Shown: positions 27,702-36,524 of the stretch, piece after piece
Numbering within the stretch: position 1 is the first letter of the stretch
Layout: the number at the start of each line of letters is the position of its first letter
DNA from: Methanomicrobiales archaeon HGW-Methanomicrobiales-2
Lineage (GTDB): Archaea; Halobacteriota; Methanomicrobia; Methanomicrobiales; Methanoculleaceae
DNA length: 64,000 nucleotides
NCBI GenBank assembly: GCA_002839645.1
Contig: PGYL01000012.1
Location: 12,706-76,705, forward strand
Direction: 5' to 3'
Program-made: the position numbers and the translations under genes
Notes under the pieces: generated by a model
What the model was told of the DNA's origin: nothing
Seen by the model: only the letters and a program-made list of their open reading frames with translations
The model's database searches: none

Positions 27702-28778
27702 ATGAGGGGCCGGGGCTGGATCACGCTCTCGCTCCTCCTCAGCGGCGCGGCTCTCGTGGGACTGCTCGCGGTGACCTTCACCCCCGAGACACGGGCTTAC
27801 CTCGGGGAGGTCAGCATCGCTGCCCTCCTCCTCGCTCTCGGGTTCCGGGCCGTATCGATTCTCTGCCAGGTAGCGCGGATCGGGGTCCTCTGCCGCGGTC
27901 TCGGCTACACCGTGCCGTTCCGGAGCCTCACAACCACCCAGTTCCTCTCGCTCTTTGCCGGCTCGATCACCCCCGGGCAGGTGGGTGGCGAGCCGGTTCG
28001 GGTCCACCGGCTCTCGCGATCCGGGCTCGCCGTCGGGGACGCCGTCGTCGTCGTCGTCGTGGAGCGGGTGCTCGACCTCGCGGTCTTCGTCTCCCTCACC
28101 CTCGCAGCGCTTCTTGCTCTCCGGCACCTCTGGGGCTACCTTGCCGCAACCGTTCTCTATCCGGTGGCGGCTTTCCTCGTCCTCGTCCTCGTCCTCCTGC
28201 TCGCGCTCGTCATCCTGATCCGCCACCCGGCCTTTACGAAGCGGGTGATCGGCAGTGTCGCCGTCCGGGTGCTGGACCGGTGCGGCCGGAGCCGGCGCTG
28301 GCTCCGGTTCTGCCCGGGTGCGGAGCATGCAGGGTTCCTGGGAACGAGGATCAACCACGAGGTCGAGGCCTTTGCTGCGGGTTCCTCCCGCTTTGTGAGA
28401 GCCGGCCGTCGGGCCGTCGTCGGCGCACTCGCGCTCACCGTCATCGAATGGATCTTCCTCTTCTCGACGGCATCGGCGCTGCTCGTCGCTCTGCGGCTGC
28501 CGCCGTCCCTCCCGGAGTCGTTCCTCTTCCAGGGGATCCTCCAGATGGTCGCAACCATCCCGCTCATCCCGGGCGCGGCCGGGATATCGGAGATCGGCGC
28601 CGCCACACTCTACAGCCGGGTCGTGCCTACCTACCTCATCGGCCTCTTTGTCGTCCTCTGGCGGCTGATCCTCTACTACCTCAACATCCCCCTCGGCCTC
28701 CTCGCGGCCACTCTTGCCGCGCGGGAGAAGGCTGGCGGGGATCCCGCCGACAGTGGGGATCTCACCGAAAACCTATAA
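27702..28778 (+). CDS. Lysylphosphatidylglycerol-synthase-TM / flippase-like membrane protein (UPF0104)
   Basis: ITPGQVGGEPVR, ERVLD, IPLIPGAAGISE, LWRLILYY; GAGGTG Shine-Dalgarno before the ATG at 27702. Confidence 0.85.
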   Translation: MRGRGWITLSLLLSGAALVGLLAVTFTPETRAYLGEVSIAALLLALGFRAVSILCQVARIGVLCRGLGYTVPFRSLTTTQFLSLFAGSITPGQVGGEPVRVHRLSRSGLAVGDAVVVVVVERVLDLAVFVSLTLAALLALRHLWGYLAATVLYPVAAFLVLVLVLLLALVILIRHPAFTKRVIGSVAVRVLDRCGRSRRWLRFCPGAEHAGFLGTRINHEVEAFAAGSSRFVRAGRRAVVGALALTVIEWIFLFSTASALLVALRLPPSLPESFLFQGILQMVATIPLIPGAAGISEIGAATLYSRVVPTYLIGLFVVLWRLILYYLNIPLGLLAATLAAREKAGGDPADSGDLTENL

Positions 28779-28879
28779 CCCTTATGAGACCAAAATCTAT
28801 CAATTAACGCGGATATGACCAAAAATGCCCTGTTCGTGAAACGATCGGAGAGCATTGGGATCTCCGGCGGGGAAAGATC

Positions 28880-29557
28880 GTGACCACCGATACCGATATG
28901 TATGCCCTCTCGATCATCACCGAGAACAGGGCAGGCGTGCTGCGCGATGTAGCCACGGTGATGGCAGATTACCAGGCCAACATCCAGATGATCCAGCAGT
29001 CGATCATCACCTCCGGCCCGAACACCGGGAAGGCCTACCTCTACTTCGAGTTCGAGGAGTGCGGGAACCACCCGGAACTCATTGCCGACTTATCAAGGGT
29101 GCCGTCCGTCGTCGATGTCACCATCTACCCACCGTTCTCCCGGATATTCGGATGCAGGGTGATCATCATCGGTGGGGGTGCGCAGGTGGCGCAGGTGGCG
29201 CTCGGCGCCGTGAACGAGGCGGATCGCCACAACATCCGCGGCGAGCGGATATCGGTGGATACGATCCCCCTCGTCGGAGAGCAGAACCTGGCGCTTGCCG
29301 TGGACGCGGTGGCCCGGCTTCCCCGGGCATCGATTCTGGTGCTCGCCGGGTCGCTGATGGGCGGCGAGGTCTCACGGGCCGTGGACCGGGTCCGGGGGGC
29401 GGGCATCCCGGTGATCGCCCTCAAGATGGCCGGGAGTGTCCCGCAACATGCGGACCTGGTCGTGACCGACCCTATTCAGGCAGGTGTCTTTGCCGTGATG
29501 CACGTCAGCGGCAAGGCAGTCTTCGATATCAACCGCGTGCGTGGGCGTGAGTTCTGA
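28880..29557 (+). CDS. ACT-domain protein (COG2150/DUF5612-like) conserved in methanogens
   Basis: N-terminal ACT ENRAGVLRDVA; IIGGGAQVAQVALGAVNEADRHNIRGERISVDTIP. Confidence 0.8.
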   Translation: MTTDTDMYALSIITENRAGVLRDVATVMADYQANIQMIQQSIITSGPNTGKAYLYFEFEECGNHPELIADLSRVPSVVDVTIYPPFSRIFGCRVIIIGGGAQVAQVALGAVNEADRHNIRGERISVDTIPLVGEQNLALAVDAVARLPRASILVLAGSLMGGEVSRAVDRVRGAGIPVIALKMAGSVPQHADLVVTDPIQAGVFAVMHVSGKAVFDINRVRGREF

Positions 29558-29558
29558 T

Positions 29559-30134
29559 ATGGATTCTATTGATATGGCGATTCTGGTGCTGCAGAGGGAT
29601 GGGCTCGTCGTCTATCCCACCGAGACGGTCTATGGTCTCGGGGCGGACGCTCTCTCCGAGGATGCGGTGATGCGGGTCTACGAGGCCAAGAACCGGCCGG
29701 TCGGGAAGCCGATATCTGTCGCGGTCTCGGATATGGAGATGCTCGCCGCCGTCGCGGTGGTGGACGATGTGGCGCGAGCCTTCATCGAGCGGTTCCTGCC
29801 CGGCCCGGTGACGGTGATCCTCCCGGCGAAGTCCTGCCTGCCGGCGGTCCTCACGGGCGGCACCGGTCTCATCGGGGTCCGGTGGCCCGACAACGAGCTC
29901 GCGCTCGAGATCATCGCCCGGCTCGACTCTCCCATCACGGCCACCAGCGCGAACATGTCCGACGACATCCCGCCGACACGGCCCGATGAGGTCTCTGTCC
30001 CCCACGACCACCTGGTCGACGGCGGTGAACTTTCCGGGACGCCGAGCACGGTGGTGGACCTGACCACCCGGCGTATCCTCCGGAAAGGTGCGGAGTGGGA
30101 AGCAGTGGAAGCGTTCCTGGAAACTCTACGGTGA
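29559..30134 (+). CDS. sua5: L-threonylcarbamoyladenylate synthase (YrdC/Sua5 domain only)
   Basis: YPTETVYGLGAD, KNRP...KPIS, PGPVT, GVRWP, TATSANMS, PSTVVD. Confidence 0.92.
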   Translation: MDSIDMAILVLQRDGLVVYPTETVYGLGADALSEDAVMRVYEAKNRPVGKPISVAVSDMEMLAAVAVVDDVARAFIERFLPGPVTVILPAKSCLPAVLTGGTGLIGVRWPDNELALEIIARLDSPITATSANMSDDIPPTRPDEVSVPHDHLVDGGELSGTPSTVVDLTTRRILRKGAEWEAVEAFLETLR

Positions 30135-30137
30135 TCT

Positions 30138-31064
30138 ATGCCGTCGGTACGACTCCGTGATTTCATCGAGGACCCTCATGGCTGTCTCTATGCGGTCTCG
30201 AATTACGATAACACCGACCGGATAGGGTGCATCCTCCGCTACGTCCCCGATCCAAACGGGGAACGGACGAGCCTCTCCGGCCGGCGGTACCGGAAGTACG
30301 ATTTTGCCGAGTCTTTCGCCTGGATCCGGGAGCATAAGCCCGAATACCTTGATGCGGTCCACCGGGTGCCTCACTGCGATGTGGTCAGGGTATACAAACC
30401 CGAGGAGGAGATCGGGAAGGTGGCGGCGCGGAGCGCCCGTGTGCGGCGGCTCCTTGCCCACCTGGACCTCCCGGCAGGCTCGTTCGGGTGCACGGGCTCG
30501 CTCCTCTGCGGCCTTGAGAACGCCGCCTCAGATATCGACCTCGTCGTCTACGGCGACGCCTGGTTTGCCGCCCAGCGCCAGCTCCGGGTCCTGGTGGAGG
30601 CCGGGGTGATCCCGGGGATGAGCACCGCGATGTGGCGGAAGGTCTACGACAAAAGGGTGCCGGAGATCTCGTTCGACGCCTTCGTTTTGCACGAGCAGCG
30701 GAAGTGGAACCGGGGGGAGTTCGAGGGGACCTACTTCGATCTCCTCTACACCCGGGCCTACGAGAACTTAGACGCGGTCCCCGGCGGCATGGGGACGGTG
30801 CTTTGCCGGGCGACGATCGAGGCCACGGTCACCGACGCTTCGTTGTCTTTCGACAGTCCGGCGGTCTACGCCGTGGACCACGACGAGATATCCCGGGTCC
30901 TCTCCTTCACCCACACCTACTCGGGGCAGGCGCTCGCAGGGGAGGTCATCGAGGCCCGTGGCGTCGTGGAGGAACACGGCGACGAGCGGTGGCTGATCGT
31001 CGGCACGACCCGCGAGGCGAAGGGCGAGTACATCGTCTCGAAGACGCTGCTCGAGAGCGTTTAG
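30138..31064 (+). CDS. Pol-beta-like nucleotidyltransferase domain protein (archaeal COG1665-like)
   Basis: GCTGSLLCG...SDIDLVVYG (GS...DxD); C-terminal OB-fold-like region. Confidence 0.75.
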   Translation: MPSVRLRDFIEDPHGCLYAVSNYDNTDRIGCILRYVPDPNGERTSLSGRRYRKYDFAESFAWIREHKPEYLDAVHRVPHCDVVRVYKPEEEIGKVAARSARVRRLLAHLDLPAGSFGCTGSLLCGLENAASDIDLVVYGDAWFAAQRQLRVLVEAGVIPGMSTAMWRKVYDKRVPEISFDAFVLHEQRKWNRGEFEGTYFDLLYTRAYENLDAVPGGMGTVLCRATIEATVTDASLSFDSPAVYAVDHDEISRVLSFTHTYSGQALAGEVIEARGVVEEHGDERWLIVGTTREAKGEYIVSKTLLESV

Positions 31065-31729
31065 AAGAGGTCCGAGAGCCGCCGCGGTCCGGCGGAGCAC
31101 CGTTCGAGGTGGGGGCAGCCCTCGCAGGGAGCCCGGAGGGGCCGTAGCGGGATCTCGCCCCCGACGACCCGTTTTGCTGCCCGTATCGCCTTGATCATCT
31201 CCCGCCGGTCCCTGGGCTGGGGCTCAACGAACCGGCAGGTGCCGCTTGCGACATACTCGACGTAGCCGCCGGCAACGGCGCGCCCGAGGGTCTCGTGCAG
31301 GCAGGCGACGTAGCAGGCGACCCGGAGACGGTCGGTGCCGTAGGCCCCGGCCTTCGGGGCGGTGCTCGACCGGGCGATGGCGAACGTGCCGTCCTCAAAG
31401 ACCTTGTCCACCCTTCCCCGGATGCCGAGGGTGTCGGACTCGACGGCGAGGTCGGTCTGGACCGGCGTCTTCCAGGTGGTCTCCCGGCAGGCGGCGACGC
31501 ACTCGTCGAGGAGTTCCCGGGACTCGGCCGGTGCGTCGGGGAGGACACAGAGGACCTCCTCCCAGATCTGCCCGGGATCGAGGAGTTCCCCGAGGTGCGT
31601 GGAGACCTGTTTGCAGACGGTGTAGCGTGCAGACTCCGGGTGCTCCTCCGACCGCTCGAAGTAGTAGCGCCGGGGGCAGATGTGGCAGGCGACGACGCCG
31701 GATACCGGGATGTACTCGTTCATGCGCAA
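31061..31729 (-). CDS. Solo Cas4/Dna2-like Fe-S protein with a degenerate nuclease motif
   Basis: CPRR...CEGCPHLERC four-Cys cluster; GRVD present, but ExK is replaced by IARS and QxxxY by RVACY. Confidence 0.78.
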   Translation of the reverse strand: MRMNEYIPVSGVVACHICPRRYYFERSEEHPESARYTVCKQVSTHLGELLDPGQIWEEVLCVLPDAPAESRELLDECVAACRETTWKTPVQTDLAVESDTLGIRGRVDKVFEDGTFAIARSSTAPKAGAYGTDRLRVACYVACLHETLGRAVAGGYVEYVASGTCRFVEPQPRDRREMIKAIRAAKRVVGGEIPLRPLRAPCEGCPHLERCSAGPRRLSDLF

Positions 31730-31869
31730 CCGATTCCGTTTGACAGGATGTATGCCCTCCCGCTATTTAGCGGGATGCCCTCTGCACCGGTGCGGGGACC
31801 CGGGCGGCCAGGATGGGAGATGCGGCCGGGGACCAACTCTTATGCCGGAGTGGATCGTAGAAGATGGGT

Positions 31870-32166
31870 ATGGCTAACCGCGAGATATCGGTCAACATCC
31901 CCGGCGACCTCGATCCGGTCTACTCGAACCGGATCCAGATCGCCTACAAGGAGGACGAGTTCACGTTCCTCTTCCTGCACGAGATCCCCGGCATGAACCA
32001 GGCGCGAGGTAAAGCGATCGTCTCGATCAGCCCCCGGCACGCGAAGAACCTGGTCGAGGTGCTGGCGAAGAGCGTCGCCGACTACGAGCAGAAGTTCGGC
32101 AAGATCACCACGCCGGAGGCCGCCCCGCACCAGGAGAGCAACGTCACTATCCGGGGTTACTCCTGA
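31870..32166 (+). CDS. DUF3467-like small protein
   Basis: PVYSNRIQIAYKEDEFTFLF...ISPRHAKNLVEVL...YEQKFGKI. Confidence 0.75.
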   Translation: MANREISVNIPGDLDPVYSNRIQIAYKEDEFTFLFLHEIPGMNQARGKAIVSISPRHAKNLVEVLAKSVADYEQKFGKITTPEAAPHQESNVTIRGYS

Positions 32167-32239
32167 ACGGGACCGGACCGGCGGGGTCCCCGCAGGGGAT
32201 ACCTTTTTAATTCCGAAGGTGCAACATTGTAAGGCAGTT

Positions 32240-32311
32240 GCCGCTGTGGCTTAGCGGTATAGCGGCTGATTCGTAATCAGCAGGTCGGGGGTTCAAGTCC
32301 CCCCAGCGGCT
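32240..32311 (+). tRNA. tRNA-Thr (CGT)
   Basis: Acceptor GCCGCTG/CAGCGGC, anticodon arm GCTGA-TTCGTAA-TCAGC, T arm GGGGG-TTCAAGT-CCCCC. Confidence 0.96.
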
Positions 32312-32355
32312 TTCTTACGTCTGGTTCAAATCCCTTTTAAGATTTTCTGCACCTG

Positions 32356-33419
32356 TGCTGTGTTGCATAATATCCGGCGTGGTTCCCCTGTCGGTATCTG
32401 CTGCGCCCTCGCTCAGGCCACCATCGCTATCAGCATATTGTAGGCGTTTACTTTCATCCTGATCTCGCGAAACATTCCTTCCCGGGACGTCGCCCGCACT
32501 CCTTCGCCGAAGATCCGTTTGAAGCTGGAGAAGGTTCCTTCGACCTTCCATCGCATCCCGTAGGTGGTTATCCATGACCACAGCTGATATCCACCCACTC
32601 GGATCCGGTCCCTGGCGCACTCAGCCCGATAGGGTGATCCGGTCGAGTGGGTTGCTGCATCCGCCCGTGTCTTGATGCCGGCGAGGATCTTCCGTTTCTC
32701 GAGGGCATTGAAAAGTTCATTGCGGTCATAGGCACCGTCACCGAGTACCCGGAACACCGGATGCTCCTCGCCGCAGTGCTGCTGGACCTGATCGAGCAGC
32801 GGGACGAACATCTGGTCGTCCTGGACCGATTCATCGGTGACCTCCAGGCCGAGGATCTGGTTGGTCTCGACGTCGATCATGGCATGCACCTTGATCCAGC
32901 CGCGCCTGACCCGCCACTTCTCCCGCAGCCATTCGCCCCGGTTGGTGACCTTGATCCCGGTGCTATCAACGGCGATGATGATATCCTTGGCGAGGAACTC
33001 AGGTGTTACGGTGAGCGAGAGATCCCGGCGTTGGATCCGGCGGAAGAGGGTGGTATAGTCGGCTGCCCGGAGAGAGGGAATGAACGTCGCGAGCTTCCGG
33101 ACAAACCCCTCCATCTGGCGGTAGGGCATCTGCAGGAAGACGTGAATGCAAGCCATCCATACAATGAACGGTTCGGGATATTGATACGGCCGACCGCGCT
33201 TGCCGGCGTTCATCCGGGCAAGGAGTTCATCCCACTGCGCGAGGAACTCAAGCGAGAGGTAGAATTCTCCGCGCCGCACCAGGCGTTCATTATATATACT
33301 CCAGTCGCGATTGTCAGGGTACGGGTGTCCCCAGCGTTCTTTCTTTGGCATGGAAGACCGGCAGGGCACCCGTCATCTTCACTTTTGTGGTCGGGTGACC
33401 GGACTTATTCAACACAGTA
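32356..33419 (-). mobile_element. IS5-family (IS903-group) insertion sequence, about 1064 bp
   Basis: TIRs TGCTGTGTTGCATAA / TACTGTGTTGAATAA (reverse complement of the right end); target duplication TGCACCTG(T) at 32348 and 33420. Confidence 0.92.
32413..33351 (-). CDS. IS5-family DDE transposase
   Basis: RDWSIYNERLVRRG; DSTG, GDGAYD, RWKVEGTFSSFK catalytic motifs intact. Confidence 0.93.
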   Translation of the reverse strand: MPKKERWGHPYPDNRDWSIYNERLVRRGEFYLSLEFLAQWDELLARMNAGKRGRPYQYPEPFIVWMACIHVFLQMPYRQMEGFVRKLATFIPSLRAADYTTLFRRIQRRDLSLTVTPEFLAKDIIIAVDSTGIKVTNRGEWLREKWRVRRGWIKVHAMIDVETNQILGLEVTDESVQDDQMFVPLLDQVQQHCGEEHPVFRVLGDGAYDRNELFNALEKRKILAGIKTRADAATHSTGSPYRAECARDRIRVGGYQLWSWITTYGMRWKVEGTFSSFKRIFGEGVRATSREGMFREIRMKVNAYNMLIAMVA

Positions 33420-33433
33420 TGCACCTGTAAACC

Positions 33434-33649
33434 TTACTTTAGATCCTGGTCGAGTACCTGCCGGATCGATTCCTGGAATATTCTGCGCGAGCCGGCCAAC
33501 TGTCCGGGTAGCGAGCGCATCACCATACCAGCATTGAGCCGGTTCGCCTCGAAGGCGGCGATCGTCGGGGACTGGAGCGAGACCGTCCCGACGCGCTTGC
33601 CGTCGCCGTCGAGGATGTTTACCTTCGCGGTGTAGTTTTCGCTCATCAT
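33434..33649 (-). CDS. Small hypothetical protein (about 71 aa)
   Basis: MSENYTAKVNILDGDGKRVGTVSL...; host-like codon style; divergent from the 33767 ORF. Confidence 0.45.
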   Translation of the reverse strand: MMSENYTAKVNILDGDGKRVGTVSLQSPTIAAFEANRLNAGMVMRSLPGQLAGSRRIFQESIRQVLDQDLK

Positions 33650-33766
33650 AACTTGACTTTTGAATGGCCATACTTCGTATTGAACCCTGTTTTTCGAACC
33701 TATCCTGGCCTCAATGCGAACCAAAAAGCGGATAACACATCCCCGCCCACCTCTGATCCGAAATCC

Positions 33767-33958
33767 ATGGCAAATGACACCGGCACACTGGCAATCACCG
33801 TCTCCCTCCTCGGCATCGCGTTCGTGCTGCACTTCTCGGCAGCCGGCTACTACTTCTTCGGCTCTCCGCCGACGGGGTTCAGCACCGGGACCCTCGGCCT
33901 GATCTTCTGCGTCTTCGGGGTGCTCCTCGCCGGCTTTGCGGCCGCCAGAAAGGAGTGA
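33767..33958 (+). CDS. Small two-TM membrane protein (63 aa)
   Basis: LAITVSLLGIAFVLHFSAAGYYFF and LGLIFCVFGVLLAGFAA followed by basic residues. Confidence 0.55.
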   Translation: MANDTGTLAITVSLLGIAFVLHFSAAGYYFFGSPPTGFSTGTLGLIFCVFGVLLAGFAAARKE

Positions 33959-34083
33959 AGGCCGACCGGCAACCCCTGCCGGGCCGGGTGTTTTTCCCGG
34001 TCACGCTCTGCGGGACAGTCACGAGCAATGACAAAAAGCGGTGTGGAAGTTCCGGTGGGTGCGGCTCGCGTCCCGACACCCTA

Positions 34084-34113
34084 TCACTGATACCTTCATA
34101 TAGGTATCAGTGA
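34084..34113. repeat. Perfect 12-bp inverted repeat with a 6-bp spacer
   Basis: TCACTGATACCT-TCATAT-AGGTATCAGTGA. Confidence 0.9.
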
Positions 34114-34182
34114 ATAGCGATACAACCCGAAGACTGTTCTATATTCCTTCAAAAACGTCTTCTTATAGCGGCAAAGGACCAT
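34096..34182 (-). pseudogene. Truncated RelE/ParE-like toxin stub
   Basis: ATG 1 nt after the antitoxin stop; MVLCRYKKTFLKE resembles RelE N-termini, then diverges and stops after 28 aa. Confidence 0.45.
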
Positions 34183-34183
34183 G

Positions 34184-34384
34184 CTACCGTTTCTTCATGC
34201 GTGCATAGCACTGCTGCGCCTCGTTGAGCGAGAGGGATTCTTCCTTCTCGACCTCTTCCATCGAGAGCGCAAGCCCGCAGTCTTCGAGGAGCTCCTCGAT
34301 CTTTTCGAACGTCTCGATGTCGAGAACGACCCCGACCTTCCTGTCGTTGTCGGTTACGATGTACTGCCGCTTGATATTGATCAC
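34184..34384 (-). CDS. Type II antitoxin-like protein (RelB/Phd-like)
   Basis: QYIVTDNDRKVGVVLDIETFEKIEELLED...SLSLNEA; acidic 66 aa; GGAGGTGA Shine-Dalgarno. Confidence 0.7.
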   Translation of the reverse strand: MINIKRQYIVTDNDRKVGVVLDIETFEKIEELLEDCGLALSMEEVEKEESLSLNEAQQCYARMKKR

Positions 34385-34552
34385 CGCTCATCACCTCCTG
34401 CCGCTCTCTCGCCTGTACGGGTTTCTTGGGGGAACTGAACGATAAATGTTGAGGTATTCGCTCTGCCGCGTCCGGCCGGAGGGGGCGAGAGAGTGAGCCG
34501 ATTCCGGCGCAAAATGGGAGATTCGCCTTTCTGCACATCATACCCGGCTTCT

Positions 34553-35161
34553 TTAGAACAGCCAGTTCCAGATCCTCATCCTATAATGCTTGTTTATACT
34601 GATATTGGGATCCGCGTCGAGCATTTTGCTCACCTTCACCTTCATCTTATAGCCTTTTTTGATTTTTAAGAACGTTTTGCTGAATAACGTGTTGGGAGTC
34701 ATTACCTGGTTGAGGTAGCCGTACTGCTCCTTTATCGATTCCAGTTTCATGGCGGCCGTAATCTCGTCGCAATCTCTTGCTCCCGTATCCGTGAACGTAT
34801 GGCAATCCCGTATGAAGTCCGTAAGGATCTTCACTCCCTGCTCGTTCTTATTCAACGTCTCAGTCAGGTTCAATATCCTGTCGGAGAATGAGATGACAAA
34901 TATCAGGAAACCCAGAAATGCAATCACATTTCTCGTGTCCTGCTGAGCGTGAAAGGGAAGCGACAATGATTGCAGGATTGTAGGATCTGCAATACTTAAA
35001 AACGCAATAGATGCCGAGAAGAAGAGAATAGAGAGCGATAGACCGCTGGAGATCCATTTATATTTTCTACACTGGTATGAGCAGATCTCTCTTATCAACC
35101 CGGCCTTGTTCGCTAACTTGTTAATCTCGTTAACGCAGTCCTCTACTGTTTTTCCACCCAT
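34553..35161 (-). CDS. AT-rich two-TM protein resembling SLATT-type effectors
   Basis: Helix, TM (WISSGLSLSILFFSASIAFLSIA), TM (VIAFLGFLIFVISFS), helical C-terminus with basic KIKKGYKMKVKVSKMLD; AT-rich codon use unlike the flanks. Confidence 0.55.
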   Translation of the reverse strand: MGGKTVEDCVNEINKLANKAGLIREICSYQCRKYKWISSGLSLSILFFSASIAFLSIADPTILQSLSLPFHAQQDTRNVIAFLGFLIFVISFSDRILNLTETLNKNEQGVKILTDFIRDCHTFTDTGARDCDEITAAMKLESIKEQYGYLNQVMTPNTLFSKTFLKIKKGYKMKVKVSKMLDADPNISINKHYRMRIWNWLF

Positions 35162-35495
35162 TCGAGTTCCCCACAAGTAACAATTCACAAAATACGTTCT
35201 AGATCGTTTTTGAGTGCATTCTGTCCCGAATCAACGCAAAGGGGCGCAACGGCAAAAACGGCAAATTCTGCCGACAAAAAACGGTGCAAACAAGCGTTGG
35301 AATTAATATCTCCGCTACAGAGAAGCAGGCACCGTGTTGGCATTGTTGAACCATCTAAAGAAATTAATTGATTGGATATATTCGTTTCGAAACTTCTTTC
35401 GTTCCAGATCGTCCAGAAAGTGATTATCTGTTGCACCCTGTGGGGGAGGATATGGACCTCCGCTCCTTATCCCTGTGGCGCCTTCTCTTCTCGTA

Positions 35496-36371
35496 TCAGG
35501 AGGACGTCGATGCCGGCACCGCCAGTTTGCCCATCTCCGCGGCGAGGAAGATCAACAGTATGAGACCGATAATTCCTACGACGAGGATCATGACCATCAC
35601 ATCCGGATCGGTGAAGTTGAAGGTGCCAACCGCCAGCGCCGCCGAGATGTTGCGCTGTGCCGTCCCGACGGCGAGCGCCCGTTTCGTACCGCGGCCTGGG
35701 CCGCCGAGAACGTAGCCAATGACAAGTGATATCGTCACGAAGGTGACCGCCGCGAGGATTGCAGTGCTGCCGATGATCCCTGCGAGAGCGGGGAAGTAAA
35801 CGATGAAGAGTGCAACAATCAGCGTGAGCAGCGCCAGATTGCTCGCCTGATTCATCAGGGGCAGGAGATCTTCTGCGACCTCTTTATATCGCGCTCTGAC
35901 GAAGAGGGCGATTGCGAGCGGTATGAGCAGCAGCATGATGAGTGATCGGGCGATCTCCCAGGGATCGATCCCGATCCCGGGAAGCAGCAGCGGCAGGACG
36001 ATCGGCACGTAGACGATGGTCACCACCATCAGGAGCACCATCAGTCCCACGGCAAAGGCGGTATCCCCCTTCGCCGTCTGCGTGAGTTTCGGCAGAAACG
36101 CGGCTCCTGCGGCGATCCCGAGGAGGAACAGGCCGATGGAGAGCCCTTCGGAGAGCGGGAAGATGAGCAGGATACCGAGTGCAAGCAGCGGTACCAGGAC
36201 GAAGTTCGCCGCCAGGGAGAGGATGACCAGCCGTATGTTCTTCAGCGGTTCGACGATCTCGCGCAGGGTCAGAGAGAATCCCATGGCAAGCATGCTCGAG
36301 ATCATGAAGGTCACTGCCGCAAGGACGCCGATCGTCTCGAGGAAGACCGTGAACGGTACGGTTTCTACCAT
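35496..36371 (-). CDS. Bile acid:sodium symporter (SBF) family transporter
   Basis: MLAMGFSLT, SLAANFVLVP, GAAFLPKL, GTAQRNISAAL. Confidence 0.87.
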   Translation of the reverse strand: MVETVPFTVFLETIGVLAAVTFMISSMLAMGFSLTLREIVEPLKNIRLVILSLAANFVLVPLLALGILLIFPLSEGLSIGLFLLGIAAGAAFLPKLTQTAKGDTAFAVGLMVLLMVVTIVYVPIVLPLLLPGIGIDPWEIARSLIMLLLIPLAIALFVRARYKEVAEDLLPLMNQASNLALLTLIVALFIVYFPALAGIIGSTAILAAVTFVTISLVIGYVLGGPGRGTKRALAVGTAQRNISAALAVGTFNFTDPDVMVMILVVGIIGLILLIFLAAEMGKLAVPASTSS

Positions 36372-36524
36372 CTCATCGCTCCATCTACCGGTTCGACGGC
36401 AGTTGCCAACCGATTGCGAAAGGAGGGACCATCATCAATCCCTCTCTCGTGGCTCTTTTGTCCCTGCCCATTTATGCCTTCGAGCAATGCAACCCTTATC
36501 ATCCTTCTGACCGTACCCGGCCCG

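Noticed and set aside
31061-31729. CRISPR-Cas locus suggested by the Cas4-like gene
   Set aside because: No cas1/cas2 and no regularly spaced repeat-spacer array anywhere in the window
33430-35500. Integron cassette array
   Set aside because: No paired RYYYAAC/GTTRRRY attC-like ends found around the small genes, and no integrase in the window
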